Positions 41,362 to 50,708 of a stretch of 64,000 nucleotides of DNA are shown here, one piece after another. The notes below the pieces were generated by a model. That model did no database searches and was not told the DNA's origin. It worked only from the letters and a program-made list of their open reading frames with translations. Both the position numbers and the translations under genes were made by a program. The stretch is from Candidatus Spongiisociaceae bacterium (lineage in GTDB: Bacteria; Actinomycetota; Acidimicrobiia; Spongiisociales; Spongiisociaceae), in NCBI GenBank assembly GCA_965219685.1, contig CBDCOH010000002.1:3936001-4000000 (forward strand). The letters are read 5' to 3'. How positions within the stretch are numbered: the first letter of the stretch is position 1; each line of letters begins with the position of its first letter.

Positions 41362-41660
41362 GCGCCCTGGATCACTTGGCTCTCGGCAGGAAGTGGCCTC
41401 CGAAGCTGTCCAAGGCCCTCTGCCCGACCCGCTCACTCAAGACTCTGATGGCTTAGGGGTCCGGGACTCGGGTGATCCACCGCGTCGAGAACCTCTTCGG
41501 CCTAATGCCCAACCACCGTTGCACCATGTGGATGGGGAGGACTTTCCCGAGGTGGCCCGCCTCTACCTGCGGGCGGATGCTCTGTTCGTAATCTCTTTGC
41601 CCAAGCGGCTTTCATGCCTGGGGGCGGGGGGAAGGTGCCTTCGTATCCGGTTGCCGCATG
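41362..41660 (-). pseudogene. Degraded paralog of the 50705-50995 small gene plus first codons of its protease partner
   Basis: Shares CGAAGCTGTCCAAGGCCCT.TGCCCGACCCGCTCACTCAA, GCGTCGAGAACCTCT, CTGCGGGCGGATG and CCCTGGATCAC. Confidence 0.8.
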
Positions 41661-41718
41661 CTTCCCGCTTCCGAGGCGGCTGACGTATCCGTGCTCTCTG
41701 GCCAGGATGCTCCGGGTA

Positions 41719-41735
41719 GTTACAGTCCTGGTAAC
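41719..41735. promoter_or_regulatory. Inverted repeat GTTAC-N7-GTAAC, putative operator
   Basis: Ends 9 nt before ATG 41745. Confidence 0.5.
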
Positions 41736-41744
41736 ATTCTGGGT

Positions 41745-42539
41745 ATGGCAAGCGGCGAGGTCTTTCCGAACGCCCCGTTGGCGCTCGTGGTGGCCGAGGT
41801 ACGTTACCCGCCCGTTTCCGACGGCGCCCTCGCCATGCCGGTCTACCGCCGTATCAGGAACCTGCTCGGCAGCGGCTGGGTGATACACAATGCCACTGAA
41901 CAGACCTTCGAGGCTGGAGTGGACGCGGATGGGCCGCGGGCTTCCTTGAGGTCAGAGAAGTACAGCCGGATCACGTCGAGGCAAAGAACACGGATCATCA
42001 CGGCCAAGCCCTCGAACTTCACAGTCGAGGTCGTGGACTACTCGGGCTTCCCCGACTTTCGCGATCTACTCGTGCGGGCCGGGCAAGCCGTCGAGAACGT
42101 ATTGCATCCCGAAGGGGTCGTTCGGGTCGGGCTCCGGTATATCAACGAGATTTCCGTGCCTGACCAGGTACCCGACTGGGGTGCCTGGCTTCATCCGTCC
42201 CTCATCGCGCCGGAACCGCCTCGCGAGTTGACCCTGACCGAATGGACGGGAACAGCGCGCTATCAAATGGCTTCGGATCGGTTCCTGGTCCTGCGTTACG
42301 GACCGTCGGTCGGACCGGTGGTATCACCAGAGGGTCCGCTGAGGCGTTCCCGTCTGCCCGAGGGACCGATCTTCGTGCTGGATTTCGATAGTTTCTGGCA
42401 ACCCGACGACATCCCGGAGTTCACGAGCGAACGGATAGGCAAGGTTGCCGACCGACTGCACCGCCCGCTGCGAGGTCTGTTCGACCACTTGTGCCAACCG
42501 AACCTGCAAGACGTCTTCAGAAAGGACCTGTTGCTATGA
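41745..42539 (+). CDS. TIGR04255 family protein
   Basis: FPNAPLALVVAEVRY, RVGLRYINEI, FVLDFD. Confidence 0.85.
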   Translation: MASGEVFPNAPLALVVAEVRYPPVSDGALAMPVYRRIRNLLGSGWVIHNATEQTFEAGVDADGPRASLRSEKYSRITSRQRTRIITAKPSNFTVEVVDYSGFPDFRDLLVRAGQAVENVLHPEGVVRVGLRYINEISVPDQVPDWGAWLHPSLIAPEPPRELTLTEWTGTARYQMASDRFLVLRYGPSVGPVVSPEGPLRRSRLPEGPIFVLDFDSFWQPDDIPEFTSERIGKVADRLHRPLRGLFDHLCQPNLQDVFRKDLLL

Positions 42540-43189
42540 CCGTACAGACGGCCCTTTACGACGAGCCTACGGAAGCGACAGCCCTCGCCCCGCTTCGCAT
42601 CGTGGAGAGAACCCGGCCATCTGACGTTGACATCCTGGCTAACGAGGTGGGGGCTCTGCGGTCCGATGTCGGCCTTCTTTCCGAGGATGTCGCACGAGTC
42701 CATGGTGATTCGCTGCGGCTCCAGCTTGACTATCGCGCCGACACCGTCGCCAAGAGGTCGCCTGTGCGCCTGCTCGACGAGCTCGCTCATTGGGGGTTCT
42801 CCTGGACTTCGGTCGCGCGGGTCCTGGGCGTGTCGATCCCTGCTGTTCGGAAATGGCGCCAGGGGAATCCTCTGTCCGGCGAGAACCGGCGGAACCTCGC
42901 CCGGTTGGTGGCCTTCGTGGACCTGCTCCACGAGGACTATCTGATCAGCGATGGCGCATCATGGTTGGACATGCACCTGGCCGAGTCGAGCTTTACCGGA
43001 ATCGACGTTATGGCTGCCGGACACGCCCACGAACTGATGCAGTATGCAGCCGGGCACATCAGCTCTCGGGATCTCTTGGACGTCACCATCCCGACCTGGG
43101 GAGACACTCTGGACGATCGTTTCGAAGTCTATGTGGCGCCTGACGGAGAGCGCGCCATCCGGATGCGGGCTGAGGGCGAGAGGGGGTGA
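42536..43189 (+). CDS. Coiled-coil + XRE-like HTH protein (putative antitoxin/regulator)
   Basis: FSWTSVARVLGVSIPAVRKWRQG; ATGA overlap. Confidence 0.8.
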   Translation: MTVQTALYDEPTEATALAPLRIVERTRPSDVDILANEVGALRSDVGLLSEDVARVHGDSLRLQLDYRADTVAKRSPVRLLDELAHWGFSWTSVARVLGVSIPAVRKWRQGNPLSGENRRNLARLVAFVDLLHEDYLISDGASWLDMHLAESSFTGIDVMAAGHAHELMQYAAGHISSRDLLDVTIPTWGDTLDDRFEVYVAPDGERAIRMRAEGERG

Positions 43190-43860
43190 GCCTCGAGCCG
43201 GCTGCCGAACCGTTCCGGCTCTATACGGCTACCGGCCCCGAAGTCAGCATGTACCGTCCGCTCTTCACCGGAGATATCTTCTCCAATGTCGAGATTCCGG
43301 GCGTGGGCCGCTCGCCCGCCATCGTGATCGGGCATCCCTGCTCGTTCCGAGGCAGGAACGCCCAGCTCGCAGAACGCACACCCGTCGCCTCGGTAGAGCC
43401 TCATCAACCGGTGCCGGCGCAGCAGTGGTCGATGGGATACTTCAACCGGCTGCCCCTCCCGGGTTTGCCGCTGGAAGGATCGTTCCATGTCGCCTGGCTC
43501 GACCGATTCGGTCTGGCCCTCACCAGCGGCCTCACCGCGACAAGCCGCGTGGCGTGTCTTTCGCACGCCGGGATCAACCAGCTGCAACAAAGACTGGTCT
43601 TCCACCAGACCCGGCTTGACATCCCGACCGCGACATTCCACAAGGCCTTCGATCACACCTACGAAGAGGCGGAGCTCCTGGAAGATTGGGCTACGGAGCT
43701 CGGCAGTGCCGACGAATCCACCGTGGCAGCATTCGAGTCCTGGATCCGCGCGGGCGATCCCAACCTGCAATCCCTCTTGAGAGACCCGCAAGCGCGAGCA
43801 CACGTTCGACGCACGATGAGAGAGGAGATCAGCCGGAGGAAAGCGGACACCTGGCGATAA
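43186..43860 (+). CDS. Hypothetical protein with PemK/MazF-like pattern (putative toxin)
   Basis: TGDIF...AIVIGHPC...PVASV...RVACLS...LQQRLV.HQTR; GTGA overlap; fold call is inference. Confidence 0.7.
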   Translation: MSLEPAAEPFRLYTATGPEVSMYRPLFTGDIFSNVEIPGVGRSPAIVIGHPCSFRGRNAQLAERTPVASVEPHQPVPAQQWSMGYFNRLPLPGLPLEGSFHVAWLDRFGLALTSGLTATSRVACLSHAGINQLQQRLVFHQTRLDIPTATFHKAFDHTYEEAELLEDWATELGSADESTVAAFESWIRAGDPNLQSLLRDPQARAHVRRTMREEISRRKADTWR

Positions 43861-44089
43861 CGCAAGCAAGCCCTACTCCCTCCTGGAGGCTTGAAGCCGA
43901 TCGGAAGAGAGCGACCTGTCAGGGGCGCGAACTCTCCTCGTTGTCGGATTGGGGGCTGTGGACGATGTTACGGAGTCGGGAAACGCCGGGCCGGTGAACT
44001 GAGAGGTTCGTTTAGCAGCGTAAAGCTGTCAGACTATATAGCAGTCTAGAAGTGTCAACGGCCTGAGTCGGTTGGTAACTGCTCTGAAC

Positions 44090-44439
44090 GCCGCCGAGAT
44101 CGTCGACCACCACTAGGGAAGAACGCACCATGACTGTGACCCACACACCCGCTGAGGCCTTCCCCCCGGGCGAGTACCTGCGCGACGAGTTGGGAGAACG
44201 GGGATGGACCGTCACCGAGTTCGCCGGAGATCATCGGCCGGCCCGTGGAGGCGCTATCGGAGGTACTTGACGCCGAGAAGGCGGTCACGCCCGATACGGC
44301 GCGGTCGTTCTCCGAAGCCCTAGGCACCAGCGCGGAACTATGGCTCAACCTCCAGCTCTCCTACCGGTTGCACCGGCGCCGCTCGGCTACTGACCGCAGT
44401 GAACCCACCCCAGGTCGCCGGTCGGGCTCGGCTCCGTGA
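44090..44439 (+). pseudogene. higA: HigBA remnant: higB 3' tip plus frameshifted higA
   Basis: AEIVDHH* then AEAFPPGEYLRDEL.ERGWT..EFA|EIIGRP...LGTSAELWLNLQ; +1 shift near 44226. Confidence 0.8.
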
Positions 44440-44532
44440 CTCAGTAGTCCGCGCGGGCAACTTGGACTCGAACACCTTCGGACTGGATACACCCCGCCCG
44501 CTCGGCGATGACGGCGAGTCTCGAAGGGGACT

Positions 44533-44700
44533 GTGGCTTTCAACCGGCCTCGACAAGTGTCAAGGCCGGTTGGATGTTGCGCGGTTTTGGCCGGTCGAAA
44601 ACTGCGCGGTCTAGTGGGTGGCCTCCTTTCGTTTGCCTCGGAATCGGGAGCTTTGTTCTTTGAGAACGATGACATCAGCGTGGTGGACCAGCCGGTCGAC
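44533..44700. mobile_element. IS21-like abutted end-to-end junction
   Basis: ...TTTCAACCGGCCTCGACA | AG | TGTCAAGGCCGGTTGG... (44555/44558). Confidence 0.65.
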
Positions 44701-44724
44701 AGGGGCTGCGATAGGATCGTTGTG

Positions 44725-45261
44725 ATGACCGATCGGCCTCTAGACATCGGTGGATTCCGGAACTGGGCTCTGGGGAACCTCGTCGACAACGCCACCAGAG
44801 GGGTGTTCGCGGAGTGGCTGGTCGGGAAGGCACTCGGCGTCATCGACGACGGCGACACTCGAGTCGAGTGGGACTCGGTCGATCTGCGGTACGGGGATCT
44901 CAAGATCGAGGTGAAGGCCTCTGGTCTCAGTCAGAGTTGGAGTCCTCGCAACCGGTCGACGCCGAGCTTCGGGATCGCTCCCCGCAAGATGGCTTGGGAC
45001 GCGGCTACCAACGCGTCGGAGAGTTTCGATCCGCCCAGGCGGGTTGCTGACGTGTACGTGTTCTGTCTTCACCATGCGGTGCCGGCGGACAACGAGAACG
45101 TCGCTGATCCGGCTCATTGGACCTTCTGGGTGATCCCGACCGTGAGGCTCAACGACCGGCTCGGCGCCCAGCAGACCGTACGGGTGTCAACGCTCAACAG
45201 CCTCGCGGCGCCGGTGGGTTGGTGCGAACTGCGAGACGTCGTAGACCTTTGCGGCGGGTGA
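44725..45261 (+). CDS. PD-(D/E)XK restriction-endonuclease-like protein
   Basis: NATRGVFAEWLV...WDSVDL...KIEVKAS...ADVYVFC. Confidence 0.72.
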   Translation: MTDRPLDIGGFRNWALGNLVDNATRGVFAEWLVGKALGVIDDGDTRVEWDSVDLRYGDLKIEVKASGLSQSWSPRNRSTPSFGIAPRKMAWDAATNASESFDPPRRVADVYVFCLHHAVPADNENVADPAHWTFWVIPTVRLNDRLGAQQTVRVSTLNSLAAPVGWCELRDVVDLCGG

Positions 45262-45361
45262 GCATTCTGGTCGAACGCTTCCTGGTCCCCGCGACCATCG
45301 AGCATCGTGGTGTGCTGGAGTAGGGTCTTAGAGGCTTGAAGCGACTCTTCAGGGGTGAGGT

Positions 45362-46381
45362 TTGATGGTTGGTCGGTGGCGCGTGCTCGTGGTGCTGGTG
45401 GTGTCTGCTGTTGTCGCGGCGGCTTGTGCGGATGGGGACGATTCCGAGCCGGTGATGCTCAGTCTCGGGTATCCGTTCGCGGCCGATCACCCGCTGCGTC
45501 TGAAGGTCCTCGACCCGTGGGCGGAGGACGTTCGGGAAGCTACCGGCAACACCGTGGGAGTGGAGTTCCACCCCGAACAGGGTCTCAGCACCGCGGCGGA
45601 GACCTACGCGAACGTGGTAGCGGGCGGCCAGGACATCGGATGGGCATTGCAGGGGTATTCGCCAGGACGGTTCCCGGCCACCGGCGTGGTGGAGATGCCC
45701 TTCGTGTTCGGCAGCGCTGCGGAAGGCACCGCCGCACTGTGGGCCTTGTACGAGGAGTTCGAGGCCTTCCGTGGCGAGTACTCCGACGTGAAGGTGCTGG
45801 GTCTGTGGACTACCGGCCCGGGTGACTTGTGGCTGGTGGACGGCACCGCGTCGGCTGTGGCCGACATAGCGGGGCTCACCCTGCGGTCGCCGAGCCCCGT
45901 ACAGGCCGCGGTGATCAGAGCCCTGGGTGCTGTCCCTGTGACCATGGCCGCTCCTGACATGCGGGCCGCTATCGACGCCGGCGAGATCGACGGCTTGTTG
46001 ACAGTTGACACGGCACTGGCCACCCACAACCTGGTCGGTGTGATCGAGAGCGGCACCGAGTGCCGGTGCTACGTCCTCGCATCGTTCCTGGTGATGAACC
46101 TCGACACGTGGAACGATCTGTCACCGGACCAGCAGGCGGCCGTAGACGATGTGTCCATCAGGACCGTTTCCGCCGCCGCAGCTAGCTTCTACGACCGGGC
46201 CAGCATCACCGCATCCCAGGAGAACGCGGAAGCCGGGATCGTCAAGGTCCCGCTCGACGATGACCAACTGGAGGAGTGGAAGCAAGCCACCCGCACCGTT
46301 GTCGACGGCTGGGTCGACAGCAACTCCGGCTTCGACGCCCGGGCCATGTACGAGCGCATGCTGGAACTGGCAGCCGGCTAG
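45362..46381 (+). CDS. TRAP transporter solute-binding lipoprotein (DctP family), orphan
   Basis: Lipobox AAAC; GYSPGRFP..VVEMPF; LRSP; LGAVPV.M; GEIDG. Confidence 0.9.
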   Translation: MMVGRWRVLVVLVVSAVVAAACADGDDSEPVMLSLGYPFAADHPLRLKVLDPWAEDVREATGNTVGVEFHPEQGLSTAAETYANVVAGGQDIGWALQGYSPGRFPATGVVEMPFVFGSAAEGTAALWALYEEFEAFRGEYSDVKVLGLWTTGPGDLWLVDGTASAVADIAGLTLRSPSPVQAAVIRALGAVPVTMAAPDMRAAIDAGEIDGLLTVDTALATHNLVGVIESGTECRCYVLASFLVMNLDTWNDLSPDQQAAVDDVSIRTVSAAAASFYDRASITASQENAEAGIVKVPLDDDQLEEWKQATRTVVDGWVDSNSGFDARAMYERMLELAAG

Positions 46382-46397
46382 CGCCACACCGCTTCCA

Positions 46398-46529
46398 CGG
46401 ATCATCACGGACTTCCTGATCGGAGCCCGCGCCCTCGCGACGGTCGCCGGTCCGCGGTCGCGGGGGGGTACCAGAGTCGCCCAAGCCGTCTACCAGGCAG
46501 TATGGGCTGGGGCCGAACCCCGGGGCTGA
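46398..46529 (+). pseudogene. Chimeric remnant: PIN fragment fused to cbiZ 3' end
   Basis: RIITDFLIGA.AL then GPRSRGGTRVAQAVYQAVWAGAEPRG*, compare the C-terminus of 55807-56457. Confidence 0.65.
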
Positions 46530-46640
46530 TAGCGTCTGCAGCGCCAGTCAGGCCGGCCCCGCAATCACGTCCGCCTCTCCGGGATCGTCACGCTCCAGCC
46601 GATCCGGGGCTGCCTTTCAGGCTTCGCTGCCTTAGTCGCC

Positions 46641-47609
46641 TCAGGCGGCGTACCAGCCGGCGCCTATGAGGGTGCCGTCGACATCGATGGCCCAGAAGCG
46701 CATCGTGTCGGGGCCGCCGGCTCCGGCAGGGTTGTCCTCGGCGGTGATCCAGGCACCTTCGGGGGTGGCATTGCGGACTGCCGGTCCCAGAAGGTCCTCG
46801 ATGTCGGTTCCGATGAGCCGGGGGTCTATGTGGGTCAGGATCTCGCCATCGGGAGTAGCGATGATTCCCGTGAAGTACCCGTCGAAGATGTCGGCGTTGT
46901 TGTAGTACTCCGCGGTCGGTATGAGGCCCACGGAGATGCCCTGGGGATCGTTGTAGAACTCGAGGATGGCCTCCAGCCCGCCTGTCCGGAAGTGCACGGC
47001 CGACTCGGCGATGAGCTGCGGCAGGAACTCCTCGGTGTTGATGTACCAGCCCGAGACGAACAGCAGCCCGTCATGGCGGACGGCCCAGGCGTTCTTCAGC
47101 TCGAACGCTCCCTTATCACCGAGGGCCCCCTCGGCGGGGTTCACGTACACGTAGGGCACCCAGCGGCCATTCTCGGTGGCGGCGAGCATCTCGGGACCGA
47201 AGTCGTAGCCGTTGATGTCGGTGCCCACCCAGCCGTTGACGTCCAGCCCCAACCGGTCGGGGTCGGGATGGCCGATCACGATGTCGTTCCCGTCGATGAT
47301 GAACACGTACCACTCGTCATCGATGCTGGCCGGGCTGTTGTAGTGGGCGAGCGTGGCGTCCAAGCCGTCGGCCTCGTAGCGGGCGATGGCCTGGTCCACG
47401 ACGAACTTCGTGTAGGCCGCGGGATCGGACTTCGGCGGCGCCGGCATGCCAGCGCTCGCGTCGGGTTGCTCGGTGACGGACATCTCGGGGAGTTCGGAGG
47501 GCGCCTCGTCGGCATCATCGCCACAGCCCGTTCCGAGGAGCAACCCGGCGGCCACGATGGCGCCGACCGCGAATACGCGCCTGCTCATCTTCGGATCAGA
47601 ACCAGTCAA
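46641..47609 (-). CDS. Lipoprotein with tandem Cache-like domains
   Basis: LGTGC lipobox; YVFIID....IGHP...LG...D.NG..FG.EM...G.WV.Y..NP...K. Confidence 0.8.
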   Translation of the reverse strand: MTGSDPKMSRRVFAVGAIVAAGLLLGTGCGDDADEAPSELPEMSVTEQPDASAGMPAPPKSDPAAYTKFVVDQAIARYEADGLDATLAHYNSPASIDDEWYVFIIDGNDIVIGHPDPDRLGLDVNGWVGTDINGYDFGPEMLAATENGRWVPYVYVNPAEGALGDKGAFELKNAWAVRHDGLLFVSGWYINTEEFLPQLIAESAVHFRTGGLEAILEFYNDPQGISVGLIPTAEYYNNADIFDGYFTGIIATPDGEILTHIDPRLIGTDIEDLLGPAVRNATPEGAWITAEDNPAGAGGPDTMRFWAIDVDGTLIGAGWYAA

Positions 47610-47623
47610 CAGGACAACCGGCG

Positions 47624-48703
47624 CTACAGGCCACCGGCCACGACCGCGCTCGTCGCGGCGCTGGTCAGGATCTCCTGGTTGCCGGCGTCATCGACGAACG
47701 TCACGCGTACACGGAGCTCCTTGTCCACATCGGATACTTGCACCGTGTAGGTGGAGTTCGTGGCTCCCTCGATTACGGTGTCGCGGCTCGACAGCCATTG
47801 GTAGAGGAAGATGGCATCGGTGAGGCCGTCCGCGTCAGCAATGCCGGACGTGTCGGCCGTCAGGGTCTCACCCACCTGCGCCGTTCCGCTGATCGTCGGC
47901 GCGCCTGTCGCCTCCGAGTTCGGCGGCGCCGTCGTGGTCGTGGTGGTGGTGCCGAACGACGGAGCGGGCACCGTGCAGCTGAGGTTGTTGAGTTGGCGCG
48001 TCGTGCCGTCGTTGAATGTCGCGGTCCCCGACAAGTTCCAGGGGCCCTGGGCAACCGAAGTGAACTCTGTCCAGAAACTGCCCGAGGACTCGGCGTATCT
48101 CAGGTGGCTCACCCTCGGATATCCCGAGGGATGCTCCAGGGTGACTTCGAAGTAGCGCGTGCCCTCCGCAGCATCCAGCGTCACCCGGACCGTTGCCGAG
48201 GACGTGGTGCACGAGAGGGTCCCGGCCCAGCCCGACGACGGCGCGGTCGTAGTGGTCGCGGCGGTCGTGGTAGTCGTGCCCGCTGTGGTGGTCGTCGCCT
48301 CGGTGACCGTGCAGGTCCGATCCCCGAACTGGATCCACGAGCCGTCGGTGGTCTGCTTGACCACCCACACGTTGTAGGTGCCGATGGGCAGTGAGGAGAA
48401 CGTCACGGAGGCAGTCCCCAATCGGCTCCCCCAGGCCAGAATCTGCGACGTCTCGGTCCCGTCCTTCGACACGAACGCCTCGTACCGGAACGCGTTCCCC
48501 TCGCCGCTCCACGACATCTGGAGGCTGGACGCACCCGCCGTACACGTCACGCTGCCGGACGCCTGCGTCCCGGATGCCAGAAACAACCCGGACACGAGGA
48601 CCAGGACGAGCACCGCGGTCACGATGTGGCCGCGACGGGTTCTTGTTTCAGCTTGATCCATTCGAACAGTGTAAAGATTGCATGGCACTACACCAACACG
48701 CAT
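47624..48703 (-). CDS. Secreted protein with Fn3/Ig-like domains and Thr-rich linkers
   Basis: Signal peptide; poly-T linkers; ATGAPTISGTAQVGETLTADTSGIADADGL...YQW module. Confidence 0.8.
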   Translation of the reverse strand: MRVGVVPCNLYTVRMDQAETRTRRGHIVTAVLVLVLVSGLFLASGTQASGSVTCTAGASSLQMSWSGEGNAFRYEAFVSKDGTETSQILAWGSRLGTASVTFSSLPIGTYNVWVVKQTTDGSWIQFGDRTCTVTEATTTTAGTTTTTAATTTTAPSSGWAGTLSCTTSSATVRVTLDAAEGTRYFEVTLEHPSGYPRVSHLRYAESSGSFWTEFTSVAQGPWNLSGTATFNDGTTRQLNNLSCTVPAPSFGTTTTTTTAPPNSEATGAPTISGTAQVGETLTADTSGIADADGLTDAIFLYQWLSSRDTVIEGATNSTYTVQVSDVDKELRVRVTFVDDAGNQEILTSAATSAVVAGGL

Positions 48704-48762
48704 ATGTCGGTTATGTGAAGGAGTCGGGCGGCCACCGGGCGCACCCCGGCGTCGGGCGGGAG

Positions 48763-49287
48763 TTAGATCCGCTCCGACTTCACGACGACGGTTCTCGCCA
48801 TCCGGTCGTGCCAGCCCTGATTGCTGTCGCTCACGAGGATCGAGACAAGGGTGAGAACGCTGGTGATCGCCAGTATCAGGAACCGCCCGATGGACTTGCC
48901 CCAGCCGGGAAGGCCTCCTCGATCGGTCTCCACAACCTCCAAGCCGACCATCCGCTTGCCCAAAGTCTTACCCCGAGTAGCGGTCAGTAACGGTTCATAA
49001 ATGACCATTACGACAGGAGGGAGCAGCAACGGCCAGGTGATCAGCTGGATGATCAGAATCAGCGCGGCGAACTCCTCGTTCTCGTCGACCCGTATCACGC
49101 CGGTAAAGGTGAGCACCAGTAATACGAGGAATATGGCCGCCGACAGGACCCCGTAGTCCAGGAACCTCGCCGCCAGCCTGCTACCGATGCCGGGCAGCCT
49201 CCGGCGCTCGCCCGTACCCAAGGTGACCCATCCCGACGATGACTCCGGCGTGGCTCCGGGACCGCCCGGTTCGAACTCCTCCGTCAC
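48763..49287 (-). CDS. RDD family membrane protein
   Basis: RLAARFLD...GKTLGK.MVGL.VV...QGWHDRMA.TVVV. Confidence 0.92.
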   Translation of the reverse strand: MTEEFEPGGPGATPESSSGWVTLGTGERRRLPGIGSRLAARFLDYGVLSAAIFLVLLVLTFTGVIRVDENEEFAALILIIQLITWPLLLPPVVMVIYEPLLTATRGKTLGKRMVGLEVVETDRGGLPGWGKSIGRFLILAITSVLTLVSILVSDSNQGWHDRMARTVVVKSERI

Positions 49288-49339
49288 TTCTGGCCTTTCA
49301 CGCCGTGACCAGGAGCGATACCGCTGCTGTCCATGACCG

Positions 49340-49663
49340 CTACCCGACCACGAACAAGTCGTCCAGCAACCAGCCGATCAGCAGGACGAGGAAGACAAGC
49401 AGCACGATGAACAACACCGCGGTCACTATCGAAACGATCATGCCGGTGGTTGCCAACCGGCGAAATCGTTGGGTGCGACTCCTGCCGATCAGGGACAGCA
49501 CCAGCCCCGAGACCCACAGAATCGCCCCGGCCGCCAGCAAGAATCCGGCAACGCTATCTGGGACGTCGTCCGAGAACGACACCAGGAACATCAGGACTGT
49601 GACCAGCACGACCGCTCCAGAGCAGACGAACCCGGCAACCGCAATGCGATCTCCGCGAGTCAT
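49340..49663 (-). CDS. Small 3-TM membrane protein
   Basis: Three hydrophobic segments, co-oriented with RDD. Confidence 0.6.
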   Translation of the reverse strand: MTRGDRIAVAGFVCSGAVVLVTVLMFLVSFSDDVPDSVAGFLLAAGAILWVSGLVLSLIGRSRTQRFRRLATTGMIVSIVTAVLFIVLLVFLVLLIGWLLDDLFVVG

Positions 49664-50336
49664 GACCGGCCGCCTGCTGAAGGTCCATTCATAGTTGCAT
49701 CCTACGTGGTGACGGGGAAGTGTTCGGCGAGGGTGCTTATTAGTCCTTCCGCCACCACACCGTGCAGTGTCGCCCCATCCGGTCCCCTACGTGTAGGCGG
49801 CCGTCCTTCTCGGTGACCCGGGGCTCCAGAGGGGCCGCAACTCGTGAAGCCGGGCTAGCGGCAGGGTCACCCGTTGCCCGTAGAAGCCGATGATCTCGTC
49901 CCAGTCCTCGAACCACAGCATCACCGGTCGTTCCCACCGTTCCACACTGGGGCGGACATCGAGTTCCTCCATGATCACGGCCACCAGGTCTTCGACCGAC
50001 GGACCGAGGTGCGATCACGAGGACGGATCACCGGCACTACCGACCTCGACACCACCGAGCCAGCCGTCTGCGAACTTCCCGTGGCTTCTGGCGCTTCATG
50101 ACTCTGATCGGAGGTCCGGGTCTTCAACCGCTGGCCAACGTTGGCGTTCTACGCTGACGGCGCACCAGTCCGAGCGGAACGCTTCCGGGTCGTCGGTGCT
50201 GTGCCGTTACCAAGTCCTTCGGGTCCGGTGGCCACAACGTCGCCTCGATCCTGAGGCCGCGCAGACTTGTCGGGAGTTGGGCGGTTCCGGTGCTCGTCAG
50301 AGGAGAAGAAGAGGCTCGCGGAAGATCGAGATCAAG

Positions 50337-50708
50337 CTACTCCATCGCCTGGACGAGCACTGGGCAGCCGTCCCTGATCTCCACATGCAGGCTGTGGCCA
50401 TCCAGCAGGCGCATACCTACCAGCGGGGTGGTGCCGGCCACATTGACTCTGATGCGTTTCTGGCGGCCATCCCACAGCACCGAGCCGTAGTGAACGTCGA
50501 AGCTCACTTCGGAACCGTCGGCCATGAACGCCCGGCCAGTGCTGGCAAAGGGAAGGCCAGGGCCCGTTACCAATCGCGGCGGCAGCGTCATATACCCGTT
50601 GAAGCCGGTATCGATCACGGCTTCTATCTCCCGGGTCTGCCCCGCCGAACCTTGCACTGTGAGGGTTAAGACGGGTTCGTAGGCGGCGTTCACCGCCCCC
50701 TGGATCAC
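50337..50708 (-). CDS. Clan AA aspartic protease (AF_0612-like)
   Basis: AVIDTGFNGYMTLP...LVGMRLL. Confidence 0.9.
   Translation of the reverse strand: MIQGAVNAAYEPVLTLTVQGSAGQTREIEAVIDTGFNGYMTLPPRLVTGPGLPFASTGRAFMADGSEVSFDVHYGSVLWDGRQKRIRVNVAGTTPLVGMRLLDGHSLHVEIRDGCPVLVQAME

Noticed and set aside
34223-44558. Composite transposon bounded by the two IS21-like ends
   Set aside because: The termini face inward, no transposase is present and no target duplication was seen
49740-50330. Possible gene fragment between the membrane gene and the protease
   Set aside because: Short plausible peptide (49787-49984) but multiple stops upstream and no assignable family
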